Source: an uncultured Alphaproteobacteria bacterium (lineage in GTDB: Bacteria > Pseudomonadota > Alphaproteobacteria > Acetobacterales > Acetobacteraceae). Taken from it: DNA of 64,000 nt. Within the stretch, counting starts at the first letter, position 1; every line of letters starts with the position of its first letter. Shown piece after piece: positions 10,858 through 20,022 of the stretch. The position numbers and the translations under genes were made by a program. The notes beneath the pieces were generated by a model, which saw only the letters and a list, made by a program, of their open reading frames with translations, ran no database searches and had not been told where the DNA came from. The stretch is taken from contig CAWBWT010000008.1 of the NCBI GenBank assembly GCA_963792675.1, positions 771 through 64,770 of the forward strand, read 5' to 3'.

Positions 10858-12393
10858 ATGCCAGCGCAACCGGGAGAAAGGGCGGCTCCCGGGGCGACGC
10901 CGGTGGTCGCCCTGCGCGACGTGTCCAAGCGGTTCGGCGGCGTGCGCGCACTCGACCGCGTCTCGTTCACGGTGGCACAAGGCGAGGTCCGCTGCCTCGC
11001 CGGCGAGAACGGGTCCGGCAAAAGCACCGTGATCAAGGTGCTGAGCGGCGTCCACCGCGCCGACAGCGGCGAGGTCGTGCTGGACGGCGCCGCCCGGTCG
11101 GCCGTCACCCCGCGCGAAGCGATCGCCGCCGGCGTGCAGGTGATCTACCAGGACTTCTCCCTGTTCCCCAACCTCACGGTCGCCGAGAACCTGGCCATGA
11201 GCCAGGATCTGCGCGCCCGGCGCTGGCGCGTGGACCGCCGTCGCGCGCGGCGGGCCGCCGCCGAAGCGTCCGACCGGCTCGGCGTGGCGCTCGACCCCGA
11301 TGCCGAGGTCGGCACGCTGCCGGTCGCTGGGCGCCAGTTGGTCGCCATCGCCCGCGCCCTGCTGGCCGACGTGCGCCTGCTGGTGATGGACGAGCCGACC
11401 ACGGCACTCACCCACCAGGAGGTGACCCGGCTGTTCCACCTCGTCGCCGGCATGAAGGCGCGCGGCATCGCCGTGCTGTTCGTCAGCCACAAGATGCGCG
11501 AGATGCTGGACGTCGCCGACAGCCTGACGGTGCTGCGCAATGGCCGCGTGGTGGCCGAGGGCGCCATGGCCGGGTTCGGCGAGGCCAGCATCACCCGCGC
11601 CATGACCGGCCACGACCCCGGCCCGGTCCGCCACGACTGGCCCGCCGCCGCGCCCGAAACGCGGCCACGGCTGGAGTTGCGTCGCTTGACGGTGCCGGGC
11701 GAAGTCGCCGACATGTCGTTCCGCTTGGCGCCCGGCGAGATCGTCGGCGTGGCCGGGCTGCTGGGCTCGGGCCGCACCGAGCTGGCGCTCGCCTTGTTCG
11801 GCATGCGCCCGGGCTACACCGGCGACATCCTGCTCGACGGCCGCCCGGTGCGGCTGCGCAGCGTGGCCGACGCCGTGGCGGCCGGCATCGCCTACGTCCC
11901 CGAGGACCGGCTGACCGAGGGCCTGTTCCCGTCGCGCAGCATCGACGAGAACCTGCTGGCCGCAGCACTGGACCGGTTCACCGGCGCCACCGGCTGGGTG
12001 GACCGCCCGGCCACCCAACAGGCCGCCGCCGGCGCCATCCGCGACATGGCGATCGCCACCCCCAGCGGCGACCGCGCCGTGTCCGAGCTGTCGGGCGGCA
12101 ACCAGCAGCGGGTGGTGATCGGGCGCTGGCTGCTGACCCGGGCGCGCGTGCTGCTGCTGAACGGCCCGACGGTGGGCGTCGACGTCGGCAGCAAGGCGGC
12201 GATCCACCGGGTGATCCGCGACCTGGCCCGCGACCGCGGCCTTGCGGTGCTGATGGTGTCCGATGACGGGCCGGAGCTGGCGGAGAACTGCCGCCGCGTG
12301 CTGCTGGTCGGTGGCGGGCGCCTGATCGGCGAGCTGTCCGGCGACGCCTTGAGCGACGCCGCCATCACCGACCGCTTGCGGGCGATGACATGA
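10858..12393 (+). CDS. Sugar ABC transporter ATP-binding protein (duplicated ATPase, RbsA/MglA type)
   Basis: Walker A GENGSGKST, signature LSGGNQQRV, and two nucleotide-binding domains. The real start is the ATG at 10858. ORF-track entry 9787..12393 is an out-of-frame read-through across the SBP gene. Confidence 0.9.
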   Translation: MPAQPGERAAPGATPVVALRDVSKRFGGVRALDRVSFTVAQGEVRCLAGENGSGKSTVIKVLSGVHRADSGEVVLDGAARSAVTPREAIAAGVQVIYQDFSLFPNLTVAENLAMSQDLRARRWRVDRRRARRAAAEASDRLGVALDPDAEVGTLPVAGRQLVAIARALLADVRLLVMDEPTTALTHQEVTRLFHLVAGMKARGIAVLFVSHKMREMLDVADSLTVLRNGRVVAEGAMAGFGEASITRAMTGHDPGPVRHDWPAAAPETRPRLELRRLTVPGEVADMSFRLAPGEIVGVAGLLGSGRTELALALFGMRPGYTGDILLDGRPVRLRSVADAVAAGIAYVPEDRLTEGLFPSRSIDENLLAAALDRFTGATGWVDRPATQQAAAGAIRDMAIATPSGDRAVSELSGGNQQRVVIGRWLLTRARVLLLNGPTVGVDVGSKAAIHRVIRDLARDRGLAVLMVSDDGPELAENCRRVLLVGGGRLIGELSGDALSDAAITDRLRAMT

Positions 12394-13397
12394 GGCTGCT
12401 GCGCACCCCGGAGCTCGCGGTGGGCGCCATGCTGGTCGCGGTTGCGCTGGTCATCGGCGCCGTCAACCCGGCGTTCTGGGGCTGGGGCAACCTGTTCGGC
12501 CTGCTGCGCAGCGCTTCGGTGGTCGGCATCATGGCGCTGGGCGTGCTGCTGGTGCTGGTCGCCGGCGGCATCGACGTGTCGTTCCCCGCCTTCGCCGCGG
12601 CGGCCATGTACCTGTCGGTGCGGGCGGTGGTGGATTGGGGTTGGCCCGGCGGCGCCGTCCCGCTGTTCGCCGTCGCCGCCGCCATCGGCCTCGCCCTGGG
12701 CGCCGTCAACGCGCTGTTCGTCCACGCCGTGCGGCTGATCCCGCTGATCGTGACACTCGGTACCGGCGCCGCCGTGCGCGGCTTCCTGCTGGGCCTGGTC
12801 GGAACCAGCGTCGTCAATGTCGGCCGCATGCCGCCGGACGCAGTCGCGTTCGGACGCCTCGCGCTGCTCGAATGGCCGTCGGAGAACGGCCGCGTGCAGC
12901 TTTCGGTCGCCGTGCTGGTCTGGGCCGCGGCCGCGGTGGCGGTGCATCTGCTGCTGCGCTTTACGGTTGCGGGGCGCGGGCTGTACGCGCTGGGCGGCGA
13001 TGCGGAAGCGGCCCGGCGCGTCGGGCTCGGCGTCGGCCGCCTCACGCTCCTGGCCTACGGTCTCGCCGGCGCCCTGGCCGGCATCGCCGGCACCTTGCAC
13101 GCCTGCCTGGCGCAGCAGGCCAGCCCGCGCGAATTCATCGGGCTCGAGCTCGATGTGCTGGCGTCGGTGGTGCTCGGCGGCGCCAGCATCTTCGGCGGCC
13201 GCGGCAGCGTGCCGGGGACGGTGCTCGGCGTGCTGCTGCTGGTGCTGGTCAATAATAGCCTGATCCTGCTCGGCGTCCCGACCACCTGGCAGCGGGTGGT
13301 GGTGGGCCTGATCCTGGTCGGCGCCGCCGGGGTGACCACGCTGCGCGAACGCAGCCGCCGACGGGCCGCGCCGATCACCACGGCGGCGGCCGCTTGA
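12390..13397 (+). CDS. Sugar ABC transporter permease (RbsC/AraH family)
   Basis: ATGA start/stop overlap with the ATPase gene. Multi-TM protein with the GGIDVSFPAF motif typical of this permease family. Confidence 0.85.
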   Translation: MRLLRTPELAVGAMLVAVALVIGAVNPAFWGWGNLFGLLRSASVVGIMALGVLLVLVAGGIDVSFPAFAAAAMYLSVRAVVDWGWPGGAVPLFAVAAAIGLALGAVNALFVHAVRLIPLIVTLGTGAAVRGFLLGLVGTSVVNVGRMPPDAVAFGRLALLEWPSENGRVQLSVAVLVWAAAAVAVHLLLRFTVAGRGLYALGGDAEAARRVGLGVGRLTLLAYGLAGALAGIAGTLHACLAQQASPREFIGLELDVLASVVLGGASIFGGRGSVPGTVLGVLLLVLVNNSLILLGVPTTWQRVVVGLILVGAAGVTTLRERSRRRAAPITTAAAA

Positions 13398-14423
13398 GCA
13401 CCGACCTTGCGCCGCCGCCGTCACGTCCGGATGCGGCGGGGGTCCTGCTGCGCCGGCATGCCGGGCTGCTCGCCTTGGTTGCGCTGCTGCTGGCGGTGTT
13501 TGCCGCCATGGCCTGGCTGGTGCCGTCCGGCCGCTTCCTGCGCGCCGGCAATTTCGACGGGCTGTCCTACGTCGCGCCCGAGCTGGGGCTGCTCGGCAGT
13601 GGCCACCATGATCGCCATGCTGACGGGCGGCATCGACCTGTCGGTGGTCGGCATCGCCAACCTGGCCGGCATTCTGGCCGGGCTGCTGTTCCATTGGGCG
13701 GCCGGCGCGTCGCGCGGCCCGGAGCTCGCCGAGCTGTCCGCGGTCTGGATGGCGGCCGGGGTCGGCTGCGCCCTGCTGACCGGCGCCCTGGCTGGCCTCG
13801 TCAATGGCCTGCTGATCGCCCGCGCCCGGCTGACCCCGATCCTGGCCACCATCGGCAGCGGCCAGGTGTTCACCGGTGTCGCTTTGGTGCTGACCGGCGG
13901 ACCGGCCATCGTCGGCTTTCCATCCGCCTGGCAGTTCCTCGGTGGCGGCAGCCTGCTCGGGATCGCCCTCCCGCTCTGGGTGCTGCTTGGCTTCGCGATA
14001 CCGGTCGCGCTGCTGTTGTCGCGCAGCCTGTGGGGCCGCATCCTGATCCTGATCGGCTCCGGCGCCCGCGCCGCCGAGTTCGCCGGGCTGCGCACGGCCC
14101 GCGCCGTGGTGCTGTCCTACGTCGCCTCGGGCGTGCTGGCCGCGGCGGCCGGCGTGCTGCTGTCGGCGCGGACCAACGCCGCCAAAAGCGACTACGGCAC
14201 CAGCTACCTGTTGCAAGCGGTGCTGATCGCGGTGCTGGCCGGCACCAACCCCGGCGGCGGCCGCGGCTCGGTGCCCTCCGTGCTGCTGGCGCTGTGCACG
14301 CTGATGCTGCTGTCCAGCGGGTTCCAGCTGATGCGTTTCAGCAATTTTCTGGTGGACCTGATCTGGGGCGTCACCCTGCTCGCGGCGATGACCCTGGGCG
14401 CATTGTGGCGACGGAGGCGATAG
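13394..14423 (+). pseudogene. Second sugar ABC transporter permease (RbsC family). Frame disruption near 13591-13600, possibly a sequencing indel.
   Basis: The TTG start at 13394 overlaps the upstream stop (TTGA). The N-terminus MSTDLAPPP...LLALVALLLAVFAAMAWLV...YVAPELGLL is in one frame. The continuation AVATMIAMLTGGIDLSVVGIANLAG... is in the frame of ORF 13407..14423. Confidence 0.8.
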
Positions 14424-15518
14424 ATGGACGTCATGATCCCGCTGCGGCGCGAGGCGATCGGGCCGCTGAACCGGCAGCTGGTCCGCGCCGGTCCGCAAAC
14501 GGCGCTGGCCGCCGACGCCCACCGCCTGGACAACGGCATCGAGATCGTGCGCCTGTCCAATCACGAGGGCTGGGTCGACGTGCTGCCGTTCATGGGCGGC
14601 ATGGTGTGGGACGCCTGCTTCCTCGGCGTGCGGCTCGGCATGCGCGGCCATTTCCGCTCGCCGCGTCCTGCCAGCGGCATCCTCGGCACCTACGGTTGCC
14701 TGCTCTACCATGCCGGCCTGTTGCGCAACGGCTGTCCCGGTCCCGAGGACACCCACCCCCTGCACGGCGAGATGCCCTGCGCGGCAATGGACGAGGCAGC
14801 ATTGCAGGTTGGGCAGGACGAGGCCGGCCCGTATCTCCGGCTGACGAGCACGCGGGATCACGCCGAGGGCTTCGGTCCGCACTACCGCGCCGTTCCCTCG
14901 GTGACGATCCGGCCCGGGCAGACCGAGTTCGAGGTCGGCATGGAGGTGCGCAACCTCGCCGCCCGGCCGATGGACCTGATGTACATGGTCCACGCCAACT
15001 TCACCTTTCCGCCCGGCGCCCGCATCCGCCAGCCGGCGCCCTGGACCCCCGAGCACGTCCGGGTCCGCACCGCGGTGCCGGGCCACGTCCATCCGCCGCC
15101 GGGGTTCCTCGAACGCTTGGACCTGCTCGCGCGGGAGCCGGGCCGGCTCGAGCGGCTCGATCCCGCCCTGTGCGATCCGGAGCAGGTCTTCTACCTGCAC
15201 GGGCTCGGCGTCGACGGCGGCGGCTGGAGCCATTTGGGCTTGGAGCAGGAGGACGGCACCGGCTTCACCCTGTCCTACCGCCCGGCGGAGTTCCCGCATC
15301 TGGTCCGCTGGCTGCTGCACACCGCCGACGAGCAGGTCGCCGGCTTCGCCCTGCCGGCCACCTGCGAGCCGGAGGGCTACGAGGCCGAGCGGCGCAAGGG
15401 CAACGTCCAGTCGCTGCCGCCCGGCGAAACCCGGCGCTTCACCGTCCGCCTCGGCTGGCTGGACCGGTCGGCCATGGCGGCGCGGGTCCGCACCATCGCG
15501 GAATCGTCGCGGCCGTAA
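14424..15518 (+). CDS. Aldose-1-epimerase-like / DUF4432-like protein in the sugar-transport operon
   Basis: The ATG directly abuts the permease stop. Soluble 364-aa protein. Family is assigned from overall resemblance and the typical operon context, from recall. Confidence 0.5.
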   Translation: MDVMIPLRREAIGPLNRQLVRAGPQTALAADAHRLDNGIEIVRLSNHEGWVDVLPFMGGMVWDACFLGVRLGMRGHFRSPRPASGILGTYGCLLYHAGLLRNGCPGPEDTHPLHGEMPCAAMDEAALQVGQDEAGPYLRLTSTRDHAEGFGPHYRAVPSVTIRPGQTEFEVGMEVRNLAARPMDLMYMVHANFTFPPGARIRQPAPWTPEHVRVRTAVPGHVHPPPGFLERLDLLAREPGRLERLDPALCDPEQVFYLHGLGVDGGGWSHLGLEQEDGTGFTLSYRPAEFPHLVRWLLHTADEQVAGFALPATCEPEGYEAERRKGNVQSLPPGETRRFTVRLGWLDRSAMAARVRTIAESSRP

Positions 15519-15579
15519 TCGGCAAGTGCCCGCATAGCGGGTCGTCCACGATCGCCAGCCGAGTTGCACAGGAGCCCCG

Positions 15580-16626
15580 ATGCGCCCAACCGCGCCCGCA
15601 ACGACAGCCAGGCTTCCCCGTTTGCCGGGCCAGGCGATCGCCGCCGCCGTGCTGGCGGCGATAGGCCTCGCCCATCCCGCCGCCGCCGCCGAGACGCCCG
15701 CCCCCCTGGTGCTGGAGCGGCGCATCCCGCTGCCCGGCACGGCCGGCCGCATCGACCACATGGCGGTCGACCTGCGGCGAGGCCGGCTGTTCGTGGCCGA
15801 GCTCGGCAACGGCACGATGGACGTCGTCGACCTGGGCGGCGGCGCCGTCGTCCAGCGCATCGGCCCGCTCAGAGAACCGCAGGGCGTCGCCTACGATCCC
15901 GCCTCGGACACCGTCGCGGTGGCCAATGCCGGCGACGGCTCGGTCCGCCTTTATCGCGGCGCCTCCTATGCGCCGTCGGGCCGGGTCGAGCTGGGCGACA
16001 ACGCCGACAATGTCCGCCTGGACCCGACGGCGAACCGCTTCGTGGTCGGCTACGGCAGCGGCGGTCTGGCCGCCATCGACCCCGGCAGCGGCCGGGTCAC
16101 CGCCCGCGTCACGCTGTCCGCACATCCCGAAGGCTTCCGGCTCGACCGCACCGGCCGCCGCGCCTTCGTCAACCTCCCGGACCGCCACCAAATCGCGGTG
16201 GTGGAGCTGGACGGGCGCCGCCCCGCCGAAATCTGGGCGCTGCCCGACCTGAGCGGCAACTTTCCCCTGGCCTTGGACGAGCGCGAAACCACGCTCGCGA
16301 TCGTGTCCCGCAATCCCCCGCGTCTCCTCCTGCTCGACCCGGCGAACGGCCAGCCCAGGGCCCGTCTCGAGGCCTGCGGCGACGCCGACGACGTGTTCTT
16401 CGACACGCGGCGCGAGCGCATCTACGTCATTTGCGGATCCGGGAGCGTCGACGTGTTCGCGGCGGCCACGGGCGGCTACGCGCGCGTGGCCCGGATTGCG
16501 ACCGCGTCGGGCGCCCGGACCGCCTTGTTCGTGCCGGAACTCGACCGGCTGTTCGTCGCCGCCCGGGCCGGGTTCCTCGGCCTCGGCTCGGACGCGGCCA
16601 TCCTGGTGTTCCGACCCGGCGACTGA
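15580..16626 (+). CDS. Secreted YncE-like beta-propeller repeat protein
   Basis: AGGAG sits upstream of the ATG. The signal peptide ends AHPAAAAE. Repeated blades of the type GRLFVAELGNGTMDVVDL / TVAVANAGDGSVRLY / RFVVGYGSGGLAAID. Confidence 0.7.
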   Translation: MRPTAPATTARLPRLPGQAIAAAVLAAIGLAHPAAAAETPAPLVLERRIPLPGTAGRIDHMAVDLRRGRLFVAELGNGTMDVVDLGGGAVVQRIGPLREPQGVAYDPASDTVAVANAGDGSVRLYRGASYAPSGRVELGDNADNVRLDPTANRFVVGYGSGGLAAIDPGSGRVTARVTLSAHPEGFRLDRTGRRAFVNLPDRHQIAVVELDGRRPAEIWALPDLSGNFPLALDERETTLAIVSRNPPRLLLLDPANGQPRARLEACGDADDVFFDTRRERIYVICGSGSVDVFAAATGGYARVARIATASGARTALFVPELDRLFVAARAGFLGLGSDAAILVFRPGD

Positions 16627-16666
16627 CACAGAAGGGCCAGGCTCGGCCTCGGCGCGATAAGAAAGA

Positions 16667-16695
16667 CCCGGCGGCGCCATTGAGGCGCCGCCGGG
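16667..16695 (-). terminator. Intrinsic terminator-like hairpin between convergent genes
   Basis: Perfect 12-bp stem (cccggcggcgcc / ggcgccgccggg) with a 5-nt loop. On the minus strand it is followed by TCTTTCTTAT, 7 nt after the stop of the beta-helix gene. It could also act on the plus-strand gene ending at 16626. Confidence 0.7.
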
Positions 16696-16701
16696 GACGG
16701 C

Positions 16702-19700
16702 TCAGGCGAACAGGACGTTGGCGGGCACCAATGCCGCGGCGTTGGTCAGCTTGATCACGTCGTGGATGGCGCCGGATGCCGAGTTGGCGGTCCAGGTGGT
16801 GCTGTCCACCTGGGTCAGCGTCGCCCCGGTGCCGTAGCCCTTCAGCTCCAGGAAGTCGCCGGCGGTCAGGCTGGGCTTGAAGTTGGTGATCGTGTCGCCG
16901 TTGGACGTGCCGGCATGCAGCACGAACACGTCCCGCACGGTGCCGCCGGTCAGCGTCTTGCCGGCCGTGGCGCCGCCGTCGATCGTGACCGCCTTGGCCG
17001 CCGTCACGAACGCCAGCGTCGGGTTGCTGGCCAGGGTGGCCGGGCCGATCACCGCCGGCGTGGTGAAGCTCTGGCTGCCGGGCGCCATCAGCGACAAGCC
17101 GACCGCCTTGGTCACGCCGCCCGCGGTGAAGTTGTCGACATACAGGTTGCGGTCGGTCGCCGCGGTGCCGCCCCAGGCGTCGTTGAGGAAGCTGACGCTG
17201 ACGCTGTGCGGCCCGGCGCCGAACGCGCCCAGCACGTTGAACATCTGGCTTTTGCCCGCGGCATGCGACGCGGTCGCGGTCTGGGTGCCGCCGATCTGAA
17301 CCCCGTCCACCGCAATGGTGAACTGGGCGTCGCCTTGGTAGGCGTCCTCGGACAGGCCGACGACGATGCTGCCGGCGCCGCTGCCGATCGTGGTCACGCT
17401 CGAGGTGAGTGTCGCCGCGAAGCTCTGGCTGCCGTTGGACAGGAGGGCCGCGTTCGGGGTGGTCGTGGTGCCGCCCGCGGCGACGGTGTCGACATACAGG
17501 TTGCGGTCGGTGGCCGCGCTGCCGCCATAAAGGTCGTTGAGGAAGCTGACCGCGACGGTATGCGCGCCGGCTGCCCAGTTGCCCTTGAGGGTGAAGGCCT
17601 GGCTCTGCCCCGCGGCGTGCGAGGCGGTGGCGGTCTGGGTGCCGCCGATCTGGGCGCCGTCGACCGAGACGGTGAACTGCGCGTCGCCCTGATATGCGTC
17701 CTCGGACACACCGACGACGATGCTGCTGCTGCCCGAGCCCAGCGTCACTGGCGCCGCCGCCGGCGCCACCACGACCGGCGGCGTCGGCAGGGTTGCCGTG
17801 AAGCTTTGGCTGCCGTTGCCGTAGAGCGGTGCGCCCGGCACGGTGGTCGTGCCGGCGGTGACGCCGTCGACGTACAGGTTGCGGTCGGCCGTGCCGCCGC
17901 CGCCATAGAGGTCGTTGAGGAAGCTGACCGCGACGGTATGCGCGCCGGCCGCCCAGCTGCCCTTGAGGGTGAAGGCCTGGCTCTGGCCCGCGGCGTGCGA
18001 GGCGGTGGCGGTCTGAGTGCTGCCGACCTGGGCGCCGTCGACCGACACGGTGAACTGCGCGTCACCCTGGAATGCGTCCTCGGACACACCGACGACGATG
18101 CTGCTGCTGCCCGACCCCAGCGTCACCGGCGCCGCCACCGGCGACACCACGACCGGGGGCGGCGGCAGGGTCGCCGTGAAGCTTTGGCTGCCGTTGCCGT
18201 AGAGCGGCGCGCCCGGCACGGTGGTCGTGCCGGCGGTGACGCCGTCGACGTACAGGTTGCGGTCGGCCGTGCCGCCGCCGCCATAGAGGTCGTTGAGGAA
18301 GCTGACCACGACGGTATGCGCGCCGGCCGCCCAGTTGCCCTTGAGGGTGAAGGCCTGGCTCTGCCCCGCGGCATGCGAGGCGGTGGCGGTCTGGGTGCCG
18401 CCGACCTGGGCGCCGTCGACCGAAACGGTGAACTGCGCGTCGCCTCCATAGGCGTCCTCGGACACGCCGACGACGATGCTGCTGCTGCCCGACCCCAGCG
18501 TCACCGCACCCGAAGCGGTCGTGATCACGGGCGGAAGAATGATCGGCCCCGTAACCGTCGGCTGGTGCTCGAGCGCGCCGGCATCGGCGCGACCGTTCGA
18601 CGGCCGCGCATTGCCCTGCTGGTCGGTCGGCAGCCCATAGGCGGGGTTGGCGACGCCGATCGCCGCCGACCCGGCCTGCAGCTGGAAGTTCGCCGCACCC
18701 GCGTCGACGAACTTGGGATCCGCCTTGATGTCGTGCGCCCCGCCGGTCGCGGCGTTGCCGCCGTAAACGACGTTGTAATCCTCGGTGATGCCCGAGTTCG
18801 AACCGTCGATGCCGAACGCGCTCCCACCCGGACCGGCCACCGCGATGTTGTTCTCGAACACCCCGCCGTTCAGCTTGCTGCTGCCAAGCTGCCCGCCGCG
18901 CGTCCCGGTCGGGTCGTTGCCGTAAGCCGTGTTGCCGATGAAATCGACGTTGCTGCTGGCGTAAGCGCCCAGCCCGACGGCGCTGTTGCCGTAGACGATG
19001 TTGTTGGCGACGAGCGTCGAACCCTTGTATTGGACGCCGTCGGTCTGGAAGTTCGAGTTGCTGTCGATCAGCACGCCCTCCCCGTCGGTGATGGCCGAGG
19101 TGCCGATGGCGTAACTGCCGACCAGCTGCTGGATGTTGTAGATCGTGTTGCCGACGACGAAGTTCTTGTAACCCGTCGCCGAATCGCTGTCATGCGACCC
19201 GAACAGGCTGATGCCGCTGGTGCCGTAGGGGCTATACTTGCCGTCATTATAGACGGTGTTGCCCTGGACCGTGATGTAGTCGGACCGCTCGGCGCTGATG
19301 CCGTTGCCGGAGAAGTCGTGCACGATGTTGTTGGTGATCGACACGTGGTTGACGATGGTCGGATTGCCGTTCCAGCTGATCGTGATGCCGGTTCCGGTGA
19401 TGGTGCGGTTCGAGCCGCTGCCCGGCTGTGCCGCCAAGGACTGCGCTTGCGCCAGGCTGACGTTCTGAGCGTTGCCGATCAGCTCGAACCCGCTGAAGCT
19501 GACATAGGATCCATTGATCTGAACGGCCGCCACGCCGCCGCTCGGCATGCTGATGATCGGGCGGGCTCCGTTGTAGCCTTCGTAGACGATCGGGGCGCCG
19601 GCTGCGCCCGAATGACCGGTGGCGAGGACATAGCCGGTCGCCGCGTCGGCGGAATAGGTGCCGGCCATTACCTCGACCTTGTCGCCAGGCTGGGTCCGGT

Positions 19701-19794
19701 CAGCGGCCTGCTGGATGGTCGCAAACGCAGTTGAGGTCGAGGTGCCGTTATTGCTGTTGTTGCCCATGGTCGAATTGACATAGTAAATAGTCAT
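16702..19794 (-). CDS. Secreted right-handed parallel beta-helix protein (polysaccharide lyase/epimerase-like) with 4 carbohydrate-binding-like modules and a T1SS-type C-terminal domain
   Basis: The N-terminal 400 aa carry beta-helix repeats: NNIVHDFSGNGISAE, GNTVYNDG, GNTIYN, NNIVYGNSAVGLG and the ADPKFVDAGAANFQL tail. Four modules follow with the pattern VTLGSGSSSIVVGVSEDAYQGDAQFTVSVDG...SFLNDLYGG..ADRNLYVD. The C-terminus reads DVFVLHAGTSNGDTITNF...LKGYGTGATL. Confidence 0.85.
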   Translation of the reverse strand: MTIYYVNSTMGNNSNNGTSTSTAFATIQQAADRTQPGDKVEVMAGTYSADAATGYVLATGHSGAAGAPIVYEGYNGARPIISMPSGGVAAVQINGSYVSFSGFELIGNAQNVSLAQAQSLAAQPGSGSNRTITGTGITISWNGNPTIVNHVSITNNIVHDFSGNGISAERSDYITVQGNTVYNDGKYSPYGTSGISLFGSHDSDSATGYKNFVVGNTIYNIQQLVGSYAIGTSAITDGEGVLIDSNSNFQTDGVQYKGSTLVANNIVYGNSAVGLGAYASSNVDFIGNTAYGNDPTGTRGGQLGSSKLNGGVFENNIAVAGPGGSAFGIDGSNSGITEDYNVVYGGNAATGGAHDIKADPKFVDAGAANFQLQAGSAAIGVANPAYGLPTDQQGNARPSNGRADAGALEHQPTVTGPIILPPVITTASGAVTLGSGSSSIVVGVSEDAYGGDAQFTVSVDGAQVGGTQTATASHAAGQSQAFTLKGNWAAGAHTVVVSFLNDLYGGGGTADRNLYVDGVTAGTTTVPGAPLYGNGSQSFTATLPPPPVVVSPVAAPVTLGSGSSSIVVGVSEDAFQGDAQFTVSVDGAQVGSTQTATASHAAGQSQAFTLKGSWAAGAHTVAVSFLNDLYGGGGTADRNLYVDGVTAGTTTVPGAPLYGNGSQSFTATLPTPPVVVAPAAAPVTLGSGSSSIVVGVSEDAYQGDAQFTVSVDGAQIGGTQTATASHAAGQSQAFTLKGNWAAGAHTVAVSFLNDLYGGSAATDRNLYVDTVAAGGTTTTPNAALLSNGSQSFAATLTSSVTTIGSGAGSIVVGLSEDAYQGDAQFTIAVDGVQIGGTQTATASHAAGKSQMFNVLGAFGAGPHSVSVSFLNDAWGGTAATDRNLYVDNFTAGGVTKAVGLSLMAPGSQSFTTPAVIGPATLASNPTLAFVTAAKAVTIDGGATAGKTLTGGTVRDVFVLHAGTSNGDTITNFKPSLTAGDFLELKGYGTGATLTQVDSTTWTANSASGAIHDVIKLTNAAALVPANVLFA
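17059..18510 (-). repeat. Four tandem coding repeats of about 378 bp (126 aa); the first three are near-identical
   Basis: Protein residues about 429-543, 555-669, 681-796 and 800-912 of the beta-helix protein. Copies 1-3 differ at only a few residues. Antisense ORFs 17394..17711, 17745..18089 and 18123..18449 mirror the same periodicity. Confidence 0.85.
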
Positions 19795-19894
19795 CTGAAT
19801 TGCCCATCCATTACGATATATGGACAGGGTTATAACTTTCTGATTGTGCCGGGTTGAAACCAGGAAATGACAGTTTTCGGATTGTTTCTATAAT

Positions 19895-19915
19895 GAATTG
19901 TCAACTCGACAATTC
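19895..19915. promoter_or_regulatory. Perfect palindrome GAATTGTC-N5-GACAATTC in the AT-rich leader upstream of the beta-helix gene; candidate operator
   Basis: Read directly from gaattgtcaactcgacaattc, about 100 nt upstream of the start at 19794, in a 228-bp low-GC intergenic region. No binding protein is known to me. Confidence 0.25.
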
Positions 19916-20022
19916 TACTGATGACTCACACCCGACGCGGCGCCGGGGGACATCCAGGAGATTACGGGATGTGCTGCGCAGCGGCCGCGGCCGCGGCCGC
20001 CGCCTCGATGCGGGATCCGAAG

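Noticed and set aside
9787-12393. 868-aa ORF apparently fusing an N-terminal domain to the ABC ATPase (likewise 42235..44535, 766 aa).
   Set aside because: The first roughly 350 (or 266) residues are an out-of-frame reading of the substrate-binding-protein gene and are Arg/Pro-rich nonsense. A proper ATG with a Shine-Dalgarno sequence sits at 10858 (or 43033), right before the Walker A region.
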